Of a DNA stretch of 64,000 nucleotides, positions 51,249-61,043 are shown piece after piece. How positions within the stretch are numbered: position 1 is the stretch's first letter; the number at the start of each line of letters is the position of its first letter. Made by a program: the position numbers and the translations under genes. Source of the stretch: an uncultured Chloroflexia bacterium (GTDB lineage Bacteria; Chloroflexota; Limnocylindria; Limnocylindrales; CSP1-4); the NCBI GenBank assembly GCA_963748625.1, contig CAVVJT010000004.1, positions 448,001 to 512,000 on the forward strand, read 5' to 3'. The notes below the pieces were generated by a model. It saw nothing but the letters and a program-made list of their open reading frames with translations, did not search any database and was not told the DNA's origin.

Positions 51249-52270
51249 CCCCGGACCTGCGGACCCGCTACCTGGGCCTGGAGCTCAGCTCCCCCATCGT
51301 GGCCTCCGCCCAACCGCACACGAATGATCCGGCGTACGCCCAGCGGCTCGAGGCCGCCGGGGCGGGCGCGATCGTGCTCCCGTCGCTCTTCGAGGAGGAG
51401 ATCCTCAACGAGGAGCTGGAGATGGACCGTTCCCTCAACCAGGGGACGAACCAGTTCGGCGAGGCGCTCGACTACTTCCCGAACATCGAGAACTTCAGCA
51501 ATGCCGGCGACCGCTACCTCGCCCGCCTCGAGCGGACGAGGAAGGCGGTAACCATCCCGGTGTTCGCCAGCCTCAACGCGGCGACCACCGGCGGCTGGAT
51601 CCGCTACGCGAAGCTGATGCAGGACGCCGGGGCCGACGGCCTCGAGCTCAACCTGTACCACCTCGTGGCGGATCCGCAGGTGACGGCGCAGCACCGCGAG
51701 GAGATGGATCTCGAGCTCATCGCGGCCGTCCGATCGGCGGTCACGATCCCGCTCGCGGTCAAGCTCTCGCCGTACTACTCGGCGCTCGCGTCGTTCGCGG
51801 CGAGGACCGTCACTGCCGGCGCCGACGGGCTCGTCCTGTTCAACCGGTTCTACCAGCCCGACCTGGACCTCGAGACGTTCGACGTCATCAACAAGGTAGC
51901 GCTGTCGCACCCCTCGGAGCTGCGCCAGCCGCTCCGGTGGATCGCGATCCTGCGGCCGCAGCTGGGCTCCTTCGTGGGCCTCGCGGCGACCTCGGGCGTG
52001 CACAGTGGCGAGGATGTGCTCAAGGCGCTGCTGGTGGGTGCGGACGTCGCGATGACCGCCTCGGCCGTCCTGCGGCACGGGCCGGAGCACATCGCCACGC
52101 TCCTGCGTGACATCACCGCCTGGATGACCGAACGGGAGTACGAGTCCGTGGCCCAGCTGCGCGGCTCCGCCAGCGCGGCCACCGTCGCCGACCCGACGGC
52201 ATTCGAGCGGGCCAACTACCTGGCCACCCTGCACTCCTGGTCGACGCCGAACGATCTCGCAACCGCATAG
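51245..52270 (+). CDS. Dihydroorotate dehydrogenase-like flavoprotein (PFOR-associated type)
   Basis: YLGLELSSPIVAS, PSLFEEEI, ELNLY, AVKLSPY, LFNRFYQPD, FERANY; ATGA overlap with nifJ. Confidence 0.88.
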   Translation: MTPDLRTRYLGLELSSPIVASAQPHTNDPAYAQRLEAAGAGAIVLPSLFEEEILNEELEMDRSLNQGTNQFGEALDYFPNIENFSNAGDRYLARLERTRKAVTIPVFASLNAATTGGWIRYAKLMQDAGADGLELNLYHLVADPQVTAQHREEMDLELIAAVRSAVTIPLAVKLSPYYSALASFAARTVTAGADGLVLFNRFYQPDLDLETFDVINKVALSHPSELRQPLRWIAILRPQLGSFVGLAATSGVHSGEDVLKALLVGADVAMTASAVLRHGPEHIATLLRDITAWMTEREYESVAQLRGSASAATVADPTAFERANYLATLHSWSTPNDLATA

Positions 52271-52288
52271 ACCTGCGCACCAACGCAT

Positions 52289-52324
52289 ACGGGCGTCGGC
52301 TCCGGCCGGCGCCCGTCTCGTTTG
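52289..52324 (+). terminator. Intrinsic terminator after the PFOR operon
   Basis: Stem ACGGGCGTCGGC/GCCGGCGCCCGT followed by CTCGTTTG, between convergent genes. Confidence 0.6.
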
Positions 52325-52331
52325 CCCTCCG

Positions 52332-54119
52332 TCAGGTCGGCGCGGGCGTCGGGTCCGGGGTCGGCTCGGGCGTGGGCTCGGGCGTGGGCTCCGGGGTCGG
52401 TTCGGGTGTGGGCTCTGACGTCGGCGCCGACGAGGGCGTGGGCTGCGCGGTCGGCTTGGGCTTCGGCGTGGGCTTGGGTGTGGGGCGCGGTGTGGCCACC
52501 GGCCTCGGATAGGTCGAGCGGGCCGGCTTCGGCGTCCCAGGCAGCAGGGCGGCGATGTCCTTGCGGACCTGGGTGATCCAGACGGCCGTCATGAAGGAGG
52601 GGTAGGCCGGCGGGACGATGCGCAGGTGCTTGACCTTCGCGTCCGCCGCCTTGCCGAACAGCTCGATGAGCGAGGGGATGCTCTCGCGCGGCAGGTCGGT
52701 CCAGGCCGTGCCGCGCGCGGCGCCGAACAGCGCGGGAGCGTTGAGGATCACCGACGGCCCGAGCTGCTCGCGGATCGCCATGAGCAGCACCTGCTGGCGC
52801 TCCATGCGCCCGTAGTCGGAATCCATGTGCCGGCTGCGCGCGTAGGCGAGCGCCTTGTGGCCGTCGAAGTGCTGCTTCCCGGCCTTGATCCTGAGGTTGA
52901 TGGAGCCGTGGCCAGGATCAGGGTAGTGGTCGTCCACCACCGCCTCTGGGACGTCGATGTCCACGCCGCCCATCGCGTCCACCACGCGGATGACCCCCAC
53001 GAGGTCCACGATCAGCACGGCGTCGATCGGGCGGCCCGTGATCTCGGTGACCACGGAGCGCACGGCCCCGATGCCCTTGACGGCGCCCTTGCCAGGCCAC
53101 AGGCCCGGATTGCGGGCGGTGGCCTCCACGTACATCTCGTTGAGGAGGCCCGGCTGGCACCCGCAGGCCGACGCCTCGCGGGCGGGGCCCTTGGGATATG
53201 GCGCGTTCTGCAGGTTCCGGGGCAGGCCCACCATGGCCGTCTTGCCCGTCTCGACGTCCACCTCAACGAGGAGCATCACGTCGTTGCGCCGGGACCACCG
53301 GCTGTTGCCTGCATCGGAGCCGATCAGCAGGAGGTCGAACCGGCCGTCATCACCCCACGGGACGGCACCCGGCCGATCCCACGGCACCTTGGCGTCGAAG
53401 TCCGGGAGGCTGCCATTGCCGCCGTCCTCGGGGAACGGGGCGATCTCGAGGCTCGGCTCCGGCGTGGGTGTGGGAGGTGGCGGCGTGGCGCCGGGGGCAA
53501 GGGTGGGTCCGGGTGTCGGCGCAGGCGTGAGCGCCGGGGTGGGCTCGGGGGTTGGCTCAGCGGTCGCCCCCTCGTCCCCCGTGGTGGATGTCATTGCGAA
53601 GGTCTCGTCGAGGAACTCGGAGGTCGCGAGGATCACCGAACCTGCGAACGCATGCGGGATCAGCACCGCCGCCGCGACGATCACAAGGCTCGCGCCCACC
53701 GCCAGGCGCCCGGCATGGGCGCGTGCGAGTGCCCCGACTGCCGCAGTGGTCCGCCATGCGGCGAACACGATGTTCAGGACGAAGAGGGTCGTCAGGGCGC
53801 CGGGGGTGATGAGCACCGCGGCGACGCCGTAGACACCCGCCGAGAGGACCCACAGGCCGATCACCGCGAGCACGACGACGGTTGGCACCAGGAAGAAGAG
53901 TGCGGCGCGCCTGGCCCCCACCACCAGGTGGCCGGTGCCCGGCAGGATGAGGCTGGCAACCGTGGCCACGATGGCGCGCACGCCTCGCCGCCGCCCGGTC
54001 TCTGCCGGCGTCGCTGTGTCGGCCGGCACCGGCGTGTCGGCCGGCACCGGCGTGTCTGCCGGCACCGGGTTGTCGGTCATTCCCGTGGTGCCCAGACCGT
54101 GTCCGGGTTCGTCGTTCAT
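52332..54119 (-). CDS. LCP (LytR-CpsA-Psr) family protein with N-terminal TM segments and a PTPE-repeat tail
   Basis: [36 protein letters not shown]; PVPADT repeats near the N-terminus. Confidence 0.88.
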   Translation of the reverse strand: MNDEPGHGLGTTGMTDNPVPADTPVPADTPVPADTATPAETGRRRGVRAIVATVASLILPGTGHLVVGARRAALFFLVPTVVVLAVIGLWVLSAGVYGVAAVLITPGALTTLFVLNIVFAAWRTTAAVGALARAHAGRLAVGASLVIVAAAVLIPHAFAGSVILATSEFLDETFAMTSTTGDEGATAEPTPEPTPALTPAPTPGPTLAPGATPPPPTPTPEPSLEIAPFPEDGGNGSLPDFDAKVPWDRPGAVPWGDDGRFDLLLIGSDAGNSRWSRRNDVMLLVEVDVETGKTAMVGLPRNLQNAPYPKGPAREASACGCQPGLLNEMYVEATARNPGLWPGKGAVKGIGAVRSVVTEITGRPIDAVLIVDLVGVIRVVDAMGGVDIDVPEAVVDDHYPDPGHGSINLRIKAGKQHFDGHKALAYARSRHMDSDYGRMERQQVLLMAIREQLGPSVILNAPALFGAARGTAWTDLPRESIPSLIELFGKAADAKVKHLRIVPPAYPSFMTAVWITQVRKDIAALLPGTPKPARSTYPRPVATPRPTPKPTPKPKPTAQPTPSSAPTSEPTPEPTPEPTPEPTPEPTPDPTPAPT

Positions 54120-54160
54120 GCGGCGGTGCCCCTCCCTCTTCCGGCGAATCCTTGCACGGA

Positions 54161-55114
54161 TCACAGGATTGGGACGGGCTCCTCGCGAGCGGGCGCAGAC
54201 CGTGCCACCTGGACGCCCTGGGCAACGAGTCCCGCCAGCACCAACACCACGCCAAGCGCCGCGAGTGGCGCCAGTGCCTCGCCAAGCACCAGCACCCCGA
54301 GCATCGTCGCCACCACCGGATCGACCAGCATCAGCGTGGCCGCCGGACCGGGGAGCAGGCCGTGGATACCACGTGTCAGCAAGACGTTCGCCAGGGCCAT
54401 GGTGGCGATGCCCAGGTACAGCACCAGCGCGAGGCCCTCGGGCGTCACCGCCCATCCAAGCGGCTGGCCTGCGAGCAGGGGCAGCAGGAGCACCCCACCG
54501 AGCACGAAGCTGCCGGTGGTGATCTCCATGGCGGTGGCCCCGCGTTCGAGCTGCAGCTTCGCGGATACCGAGTACAGCGCCGCGCACAACCCCGCGCCGA
54601 GCGCCATCAGGAGACCTACGCCAACCTCGGATCCGATCTCCGAGGCGCCGCTCCCGGCCGACCGGAAGACCAGGCCCACCACGCACAGGGCCGTCGCGGC
54701 GAGCCAGCCGCGCGTCGGACGGTGCCCCAGCACCGCCCAGCCGAGCAGGCCGGCAAAGACCGGCTCCGAGCCCATCGCCATGAGGGTCCCCAACGCCACC
54801 CCCGCCCGGTCCACCCCGCCGAAGAAGAGCGGCTGGAAGACTGCGGCTCCCAGCGCGGACACCAGCATGGCCCGCGTGCGCCAGAGGCGGAACAGGCTGC
54901 GGGGCGAGCGGCCAAGCAGGGGCATCGCGACCAGCAGGGAGAGCGCACCCACGATGATGCGCAGCACGCCCACGGCGACCGGCGTGCTGCCCTCGGGGCC
55001 GAGCGCCTGAGCGGTTCCCGCCGTGCCGAAGAGCACGCCCGCGAGGATCACCAGCAGGGTGGCCGAACGCGGGCTGGGCATGCCGACGAGGCTACCGGCA
55101 ACCGGAAGCGTCAC
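54161..55114 (-). CDS. DMT/EamA-family transporter
   Basis: About 10 TMs, [28 protein letters not shown]; GTGA overlap with the AAA gene. Confidence 0.88.
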   Translation of the reverse strand: MTLPVAGSLVGMPSPRSATLLVILAGVLFGTAGTAQALGPEGSTPVAVGVLRIIVGALSLLVAMPLLGRSPRSLFRLWRTRAMLVSALGAAVFQPLFFGGVDRAGVALGTLMAMGSEPVFAGLLGWAVLGHRPTRGWLAATALCVVGLVFRSAGSGASEIGSEVGVGLLMALGAGLCAALYSVSAKLQLERGATAMEITTGSFVLGGVLLLPLLAGQPLGWAVTPEGLALVLYLGIATMALANVLLTRGIHGLLPGPAATLMLVDPVVATMLGVLVLGEALAPLAALGVVLVLAGLVAQGVQVARSAPAREEPVPIL

Positions 55115-56385
55115 GAGGGGCGGTCGTGCACCCCGAATCCGATCCGATGCGTCCGGCCGCCGCTTGGGGTCTCAGCATCGGGGATGTCGGCCGGCACCAT
55201 CAGGTCCAGCTCCCCCGGGTCGATGTGGTCGTCGGCGACGGCCCGTGCGGCCATGTTCGCGTACGCCTGCTCGAACAGCGTACGCACGTAGCGGGCGTTG
55301 CCGAAGTCCTCGATCTCCCGGGCGGCGCCGAGGACCACGAGGACGCGCTCCCGGACTGCAGGATCGGTGCGGACCTTGGCCTGGCCCGCCATCGACCCGA
55401 AGATCTCGGCGAGCTCGTCGGTGGAGTAGTTGGGGAACTCGATGTAGCGGGTGAACCGGCTGCGCAGGCCAGGGTTCGAGCGGATGAACGCCCACATCGG
55501 CTCGCCGTAACCGGCCACGATCACGGCGAGGTTGTCCCGGTGGTCCTCCATCATCTTGACCAGCGTCGCGACCGCCTCCCCGCCGAAGTCCTGGCTGTCG
55601 CCGGTGGACAGGGCGTAGGCCTCGTCGATGAACAGGACGCCGCCGATCGCGGAGCGCACCACCTCCTGGACCTTGAGCGCCGTCTGGCCGACGTATCCCG
55701 CGACGAGGTCCGCGCGCGAGGCCTCCACGAGGTGGCCCTTGGTGACGAGGCCCAGCGCCCCGTAGATCCGGCCGACGATCCTTGCCACCGTGGTCTTGCC
55801 CGTCCCGGGATCGCCGGTGAAGACCAGGTGGGCGGAACCCGTGACCTCCGGCAGGCCCTGCGCCCGACGCTCGGCGTTGAGGCGCTGGACCGCGACCAGC
55901 TTGCGGATCTCCTTCTTCACCGACCCGAGGCCCACGAGCGCATCGAGCTCAGCGAGCAGCTCGGCCACGGTGACGGCATTGACGACGGCAGCAGCAGCAG
56001 GGCTGAGCTCCTTGTCGGTGGCCGGCGTTCGGTCCCCGGTGCCCGCCGCCTTCACGTCCGACGACGCCACGGCGCTCGACGTGCCGCCGACGGGGCCCGT
56101 CGAGCGAAGCCACGCCAGGATCTGCCTGGCCTCGTCCGCCGCAGCCTCCACCGACGTGCAGCCGTCGATCGCCTTCTGCGCGGTCGCGGTCACGGTGGGC
56201 GTCATCGCTGCATCGCCAACCGGCTCCAGCCAGGTCCGGACGGCGTCGGGCGTGAGCCCGTCGGGCGCCTTCGCGCCAAGTGCACGCACGATGCCCATCA
56301 GCACGTGCCGCGGCTCCACTTCGGCGTGGGACCACGCCTTCGCGGTGGCGAGCGCCTCGTCGAGGACCTGGTCGCGCAAGGCCAT
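55111..56385 (-). CDS. CbbX/SpoVK-type AAA+ ATPase with an N-terminal Clp-N-like motif
   Basis: HAEVEPRHVLMGIV (Clp-N like), LDALVGL, GDPGTGKTT, LVAGYVGQTA, LFIDEAY, NPGLRSRF, FGNARYVR. Confidence 0.9.
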   Translation of the reverse strand: MALRDQVLDEALATAKAWSHAEVEPRHVLMGIVRALGAKAPDGLTPDAVRTWLEPVGDAAMTPTVTATAQKAIDGCTSVEAAADEARQILAWLRSTGPVGGTSSAVASSDVKAAGTGDRTPATDKELSPAAAAVVNAVTVAELLAELDALVGLGSVKKEIRKLVAVQRLNAERRAQGLPEVTGSAHLVFTGDPGTGKTTVARIVGRIYGALGLVTKGHLVEASRADLVAGYVGQTALKVQEVVRSAIGGVLFIDEAYALSTGDSQDFGGEAVATLVKMMEDHRDNLAVIVAGYGEPMWAFIRSNPGLRSRFTRYIEFPNYSTDELAEIFGSMAGQAKVRTDPAVRERVLVVLGAAREIEDFGNARYVRTLFEQAYANMAARAVADDHIDPGELDLMVPADIPDAETPSGGRTHRIGFGVHDRPS

Positions 56386-56856
56386 CTAGCCGGCGCCTCC
56401 GGGGTCCGGATCCGTGTAGCGCAGGCCTCCGAACTTGTCGTGCACCGTGTCGTCCAGGTCGTCCGCGGTCACCGCGATGGCCACGACCGCCTGGACGAGC
56501 TCATCAGGATCGAGGTAGTCCGCGAGGAGCGTGTGGTCGAACGCGACGAAGCACTCGGATCCGTCCTCGTTGTCCACGACGGTCACTGTCCCGAACAGGA
56601 ACTTCTGACCCTCGGTGGCAGCCCAGCGATAGAACTCGGGTGTGGGCTTGAGGCTGCGCACCAGCGGCGCCCAGAGCCGCACGATCGAGGATGGGTCGCC
56701 CTTGGGATCCTTGCCCCACTCGCGCACCTCGATGGTCACCCGCGTGCTGCCGCGCTCGAGCGCGAAGCCGTCCTTGGCGAGCATCACGTTGTCAAAGGCG
56801 CCCGCGAGGATCCGCTGGACCTTCTGCTGTGCCGCGTCAACCGTTGCCATGGGCAT
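56386..56856 (-). CDS. YbjN / type III chaperone-like domain protein
   Basis: LERGSTRVTI..FGTVT..HTLLADYLDPDEL..TADDLDDTVHDKFGG; its stop abuts the AAA start. Confidence 0.75.
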   Translation of the reverse strand: MPMATVDAAQQKVQRILAGAFDNVMLAKDGFALERGSTRVTIEVREWGKDPKGDPSSIVRLWAPLVRSLKPTPEFYRWAATEGQKFLFGTVTVVDNEDGSECFVAFDHTLLADYLDPDELVQAVVAIAVTADDLDDTVHDKFGGLRYTDPDPGGAG

Positions 56857-56938
56857 CCCTCCGAGTCGCGCTCTACGTGCGCAGCGTCATGGTGCCCCCT
56901 GCGCGTGCCACCTGCATGGCACACCGGCATGCGGAAGA

Positions 56939-57802
56939 TCAGGTCACGAGCTCTCCGAACGCACCGTCGGACGCGAGCAGCAGGTCGAGCCCGTCGAGGA
57001 GGCGGGTCGCGGCGTCCGGCAGCGTGCCGTCCATGGATGCCGCGGCCGCGAGCACCGCACGCACGTCGTCGTCGAAAGCGGTGGGACGCACGGGGCAGCG
57101 CTGGGCGACGGCGTCCAGGAGGCGCTTCTCGCCCGGATGCGGCACCCGGTTCACGGCGAACAGGATGTCGAAGCAGCTCGCGAGCAGACCTGCCACCCGG
57201 TGGCTGGCGGCGACCGGGTCGGCACGGCCGGATGCCTTGGCGACCTGGACCTCCCACGCCGACGGGAACCCGCGCAGGGCCGCCCGGTTGTGGGCCACGA
57301 TCGCGACCCGGAGGGGCTCCGGGTACGGGACGCAGGCCCTCGCCTGCAGGCCGGCCAGCCAGCCATCCGGGTCGTGGAGCGCGGTCGCACCCAGGATCGT
57401 GTGCCAGAAGCAGGTGCTGTAGCCGAGGGATGGCTCGTGGCGCACCAGCACGCGGTCGAGCTGGTCCTCCATCCAGGCGGCGTCGAAGTAGGTGGCGTCC
57501 ACGACGATCCCGCTCGCCGGATCGGGCCATTCGTCGGCGGCACCCCAGAAGGCGTGGTCCACCGGCAGTGGCAGCGCGGCTCCCGCCTCGAGCATCACGC
57601 GCTCCCGGACCTCCCGCGCGATCGTGCCGCGGGTGTAGACCTCGATGTCCACGTCGGAGCCCGCATCGCTCGCGATACCACCGGCTCCACGCGACCCGCC
57701 TAGCGCGACGGCGACCACCTCGGACACGCTCGCGAAGGTGCTGGCGACGCGTGCGGCAAGCTCGGCGGCGGGATCGGGTGCGGCTGCACGGGAAGGGGGC
57801 AT
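56939..57802 (-). CDS. Nucleotidyltransferase-domain protein (DUF4037-like)
   Basis: ALGGSRGAG..SDVDIEVY, LHDPDG, FAVNRVPHPGEKR. Confidence 0.82.
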   Translation of the reverse strand: MPPSRAAAPDPAAELAARVASTFASVSEVVAVALGGSRGAGGIASDAGSDVDIEVYTRGTIAREVRERVMLEAGAALPLPVDHAFWGAADEWPDPASGIVVDATYFDAAWMEDQLDRVLVRHEPSLGYSTCFWHTILGATALHDPDGWLAGLQARACVPYPEPLRVAIVAHNRAALRGFPSAWEVQVAKASGRADPVAASHRVAGLLASCFDILFAVNRVPHPGEKRLLDAVAQRCPVRPTAFDDDVRAVLAAAASMDGTLPDAATRLLDGLDLLLASDGAFGELVT

Positions 57803-57905
57803 GGCCGCGGGAGTGTAGCCTCCGGCGGCGCGAAACGGCGCTCCGGCGGGCGGGCGGCGCTCGTACGATGCCAACACACATCTGAACCCGATCTTGGAGC
57901 CGCTC

Positions 57906-59216
57906 ATGACCACGCCGCAGGCGACGACGCTGCGTGGCGAAGCCCGCCTCGCCGACGGCCCCGCCGAACCCGCCGTCATCACCCTCGGACCCGACACGCT
58001 CTGGCTCATCGCCGGATCGCGACCGCCCATCACGGCTGCCTACCGGGACATCACCCACGTCGGCGTGGACCAGGGGACCGTCCGCCTCCATCTCGGCTCG
58101 GGTCCGCTCGCGGAGCGCTGGCACCTCGAGCGGTTCGGCCAGCAGACGGGTGCCCTGGTCAAGGGCCTGCGGAACGGGCGCCTGCTCCAACGCCTGGGTG
58201 ACGGCCTGGTCGAGGTGGCGCCCGACACCGAGATCGACCTCGTCGAATACGAGGCACCCGGCGAGACCGGCATCGCCCAGCTGCTCTACCACGATCGCGG
58301 TGTGGTCCTCGCCCCCGTCGACGACCGGCACAGCTGGCGGCGGATCCGGCGTGCGGACATCGGCGCGGTCGAGATGGAGTCCGCCGTGGGCGGCATCCGG
58401 GTCACCGGCACCGGGCGATCCCTGCTCGGCTCGCCGGCGCTCCGCCTCGTCCGCCTCGGCGCCGTTGCCAAGGCCCACGCCGATCGCTGGGCGGCCCTGC
58501 GCGACGGTGCGGCCCAGGACGCGGGGTCGATCGTGGGTGCCCTGCTCCCCGACGCGGACTTCGGCGCCCGACGCCTGGGCTCCACCCTCCTCGTCGACGG
58601 ACGGCCCGCCACGCCGGCGCAGCTTGGCGAGGCCTGGGTGCCGCTCGAGCGGGCGGTCCTCGGACATGCCCCGTTCGACGAGTCCTACGAGGCGCTGCGT
58701 GCAGCGGCAGGCGGCGCTGCGGCCCCGCGCTGGCTGGCAGCCGCCCCTGAGCGGCCGGGCGCCCCGGACACGCCAAAGCTGTGGTTCTTCATCGGCCTGC
58801 CGGGTAACCTGGTCGCGATGGAGCTGGTGAGCGAGGGAGCACACGCCACCTACCTGTTCCGGGTCGTGCCGCGCGCGACGTTCGCCGGGTCGCTGCCCTC
58901 GGGTGCGCTCGAGGCCGCGGTGGCCGACGTGTCCGAGGCGCTGATCGACGCGCGCTTCCTGCGTGAACCGATGGCCCTGCCCGCCGCACGCCTTGCCGAG
59001 GCCGAGTTCCTGCGCTACCGCCTGGCGCTCGCCGCCCTGCCGACGCTCGCCGCGGCGCGGGCGCGGTTCGTCGCCCGTCTCGTGCATTCCGACACGGCCT
59101 CGTGGCAGGCGGCGCTGAACGACGTGATCGCATGGCACGGCGCCGCCCGCGACGACGTGGCGGAGTGGCCCGGTCGAACCGCCCAGGAAGGCCAGATCGC
59201 CGGCTTCGGCGGCTGA
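57906..59216 (+). CDS. Hypothetical protein, possibly with two N-terminal PH-like repeats
   Basis: 436-aa ORF with typical codon usage; AYRDITHV..ERFG and RRADIGAV..VRLG segments; HATYLFR and FLREP motifs. Confidence 0.7.
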   Translation: MTTPQATTLRGEARLADGPAEPAVITLGPDTLWLIAGSRPPITAAYRDITHVGVDQGTVRLHLGSGPLAERWHLERFGQQTGALVKGLRNGRLLQRLGDGLVEVAPDTEIDLVEYEAPGETGIAQLLYHDRGVVLAPVDDRHSWRRIRRADIGAVEMESAVGGIRVTGTGRSLLGSPALRLVRLGAVAKAHADRWAALRDGAAQDAGSIVGALLPDADFGARRLGSTLLVDGRPATPAQLGEAWVPLERAVLGHAPFDESYEALRAAAGGAAAPRWLAAAPERPGAPDTPKLWFFIGLPGNLVAMELVSEGAHATYLFRVVPRATFAGSLPSGALEAAVADVSEALIDARFLREPMALPAARLAEAEFLRYRLALAALPTLAAARARFVARLVHSDTASWQAALNDVIAWHGAARDDVAEWPGRTAQEGQIAGFGG

Positions 59217-59231
59217 GGCAGGGAGCGCACG

Positions 59232-59723
59232 ATGCCCACGTTCAAGCACCCGTGTCCTCACTGCGGGACCTACGTCCATCGTGACGTGGTGGCCTGTCCC
59301 AAGTGCGGGACCCGCGATCCGTTCGCGCCGGCGCGCTGCGGCGGCTGCGGCGCGGTGGTCGAGGATCCGTCCTACGTGGCATGTCCTCGCTGCGGGAAGC
59401 CGGTGGGTGCCGCGGCGGTCGCGGCAGCCGAAGCCGAGGCCCGTGCGAAGGCCGAGGCCCAGGAGGGCCAGGCTGGAGGGGCCGCACTGGCACCCGGGTC
59501 GACACCGGAGGCGAATGGCGCGATCCCCGGCTGGGGGCAGCCGCCCGTCGCGCCGGCACCGGCGCCCGTGGCACCGTCCCCCGTGGTCGCGCCGGCCGAA
59601 CCCGAGCCGGTCGAGCCAGCACCGACAGCGCCTCTCGCAGCCGTCTGCGTCGCGTGCGGGTCCGCGCTGGCGCCGGGCGCCAACTTCTGCCGCGACTGCG
59701 GGACGCCGCTCAGCGCCCGATAG
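59232..59723 (+). CDS. Multi-zinc-ribbon protein
   Basis: Six CxxC pairs: four N-terminal and two C-terminal, separated by an Ala/Pro linker. Confidence 0.8.
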   Translation: MPTFKHPCPHCGTYVHRDVVACPKCGTRDPFAPARCGGCGAVVEDPSYVACPRCGKPVGAAAVAAAEAEARAKAEAQEGQAGGAALAPGSTPEANGAIPGWGQPPVAPAPAPVAPSPVVAPAEPEPVEPAPTAPLAAVCVACGSALAPGANFCRDCGTPLSAR

Positions 59724-59838
59724 CCCGCTGTCGCCGTGCTACCGGGGATCCGCGGAGAGCGCGTGCCTGGCTGGAAGTCGCGGCGCTGGCCTGCCTCTTC
59801 GCAAGGCTCCGCGTGGAGGCTGCCTGACCTGAGCCGTA

Positions 59839-60199
59839 TCAGCTCGGGCAGGGTGGGCCAGGCGGACCCTCGACCGCGGTTGCGTTGAGGCGTGCCGCCC
59901 ACAACCTCGTCGCCGATCTGCACGAACCAGCGCGGCAGTCGGGTGACCTCCTCGGTCAGCACCAGGGCCCCGTCGGCGGCCCGTCGCACGTCGAGATGCC
60001 AGGGCAGACCGGGCATGCCAGCAGCGCCAGGAGTGAGCGCCGCCCCTTCGTTGCACTGCACGCTCACCTCCGGCGCTCCGGTCACCTGGAACACGAGGTC
60101 CGGTCCGCCGCGGTTCTCAGCGTGGAGCGTCCCCGGCTGCGAAGGCATGGAGCAGCCGCCCAGCAGGATCGCTGCAAGCAGGACCGACCGGACGCGCAC
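59839..60199 (-). CDS. Small lipoprotein with a probable +1 frameshift near 59893
   Basis: Lipobox LLGGC. The protein-like sequence continues in another frame as LNATAVEGPPGPPCPS-stop. Confidence 0.45.
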
Positions 60200-60285
60200 C
60201 AGCCGACTACCCCTGCGCGACCACCTGGCGGCCACCGGCATGCATTGCCAGGGTGTAGCTCCAAGCGCGGTACATGCACAGGCCC

Positions 60286-60909
60286 TCAGAACGCCTTCGT
60301 GCCGCAATTGCCGCAGAACCGCATGCCCGCCGCGAGGTCATTGCCGCACTGGGCGCACTTGTTCTGGCCGGTGGGGGTGCCGCAGTTCGCGCAGAACTTC
60401 TCCGAGCCGACCGGCTTCTCGCAGTTCGTGCACACCGTCTGCCGGGCCGACAGGTCGCCCGAGAAGACCGTCTCACCCTGCATCGCCTGGCGCATCTGGT
60501 TGATCTCGACGCTGGAGCGCTCGGCCTCCATCTCGGCGGCAAGGTTCGGGGCGCAGTTGACACACAGCCCGCGGGCGCTGTTCCAGCAGGTCTCGTCCAC
60601 CCAGCGGTTGTCACGAGGGCAGCGCTGGAAGTAGCCCATCAGCTCGGCCGAGGCCTTCTGGAGGGCCTCATCGCGTGCGCCGCGGTCCGTGAAGTCCTTC
60701 ACCCGGTCAGCGGCGCTCGACGCGCTGTTGAGGAAGCCGCCGAGCAGGCTCGACGCGCCCGACAGCAGGGTGTTCGCGGTGCCCATGCCCGACCGGATGA
60801 ACTCGCTGCGGTAGCCGGACCCGCAGATGTCGCACTTGAACTCGAACTGGTAGCCGTTCTCGTCCGACAGGTCGCTGTAGTTGTTGGTGAACGGCGTGAA
60901 GCCGGCCAT
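60286..60909 (-). CDS. Double-zinc-ribbon protein
   Basis: FEFKCDICG, FQRCPR..CW..LCVNC, and four C-terminal CxxC pairs; GGAGAGG RBS. Confidence 0.85.
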   Translation of the reverse strand: MAGFTPFTNNYSDLSDENGYQFEFKCDICGSGYRSEFIRSGMGTANTLLSGASSLLGGFLNSASSAADRVKDFTDRGARDEALQKASAELMGYFQRCPRDNRWVDETCWNSARGLCVNCAPNLAAEMEAERSSVEINQMRQAMQGETVFSGDLSARQTVCTNCEKPVGSEKFCANCGTPTGQNKCAQCGNDLAAGMRFCGNCGTKAF

Positions 60910-61043
60910 CGCACCCTCTCCTGGTCAATCGGCCCGCAGCCTTCGCCGCGACGGACGTCGATGCCGTGAGGATACGGAAGGCCCGGCCCACGGCGCGGGC
61001 CGTTGCGGCACCTCCATGAGGACCGGTCGGCCCTTTGCGCCCC

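Noticed and set aside
55111-56385. RuBisCO activase CbbX or type VII secretion EccA
   Set aside because: There are no cbb or ESX genes nearby, and the N-terminus is Clp-N-like rather than TPR.
52626-59279. Very long antisense or alternative-frame ORFs (e.g. 52626..55010, 55126..57885, 56784..59279)
   Set aside because: They are shadows of real genes, expected from scarce stop codons at high GC, and have no recognisable motifs.
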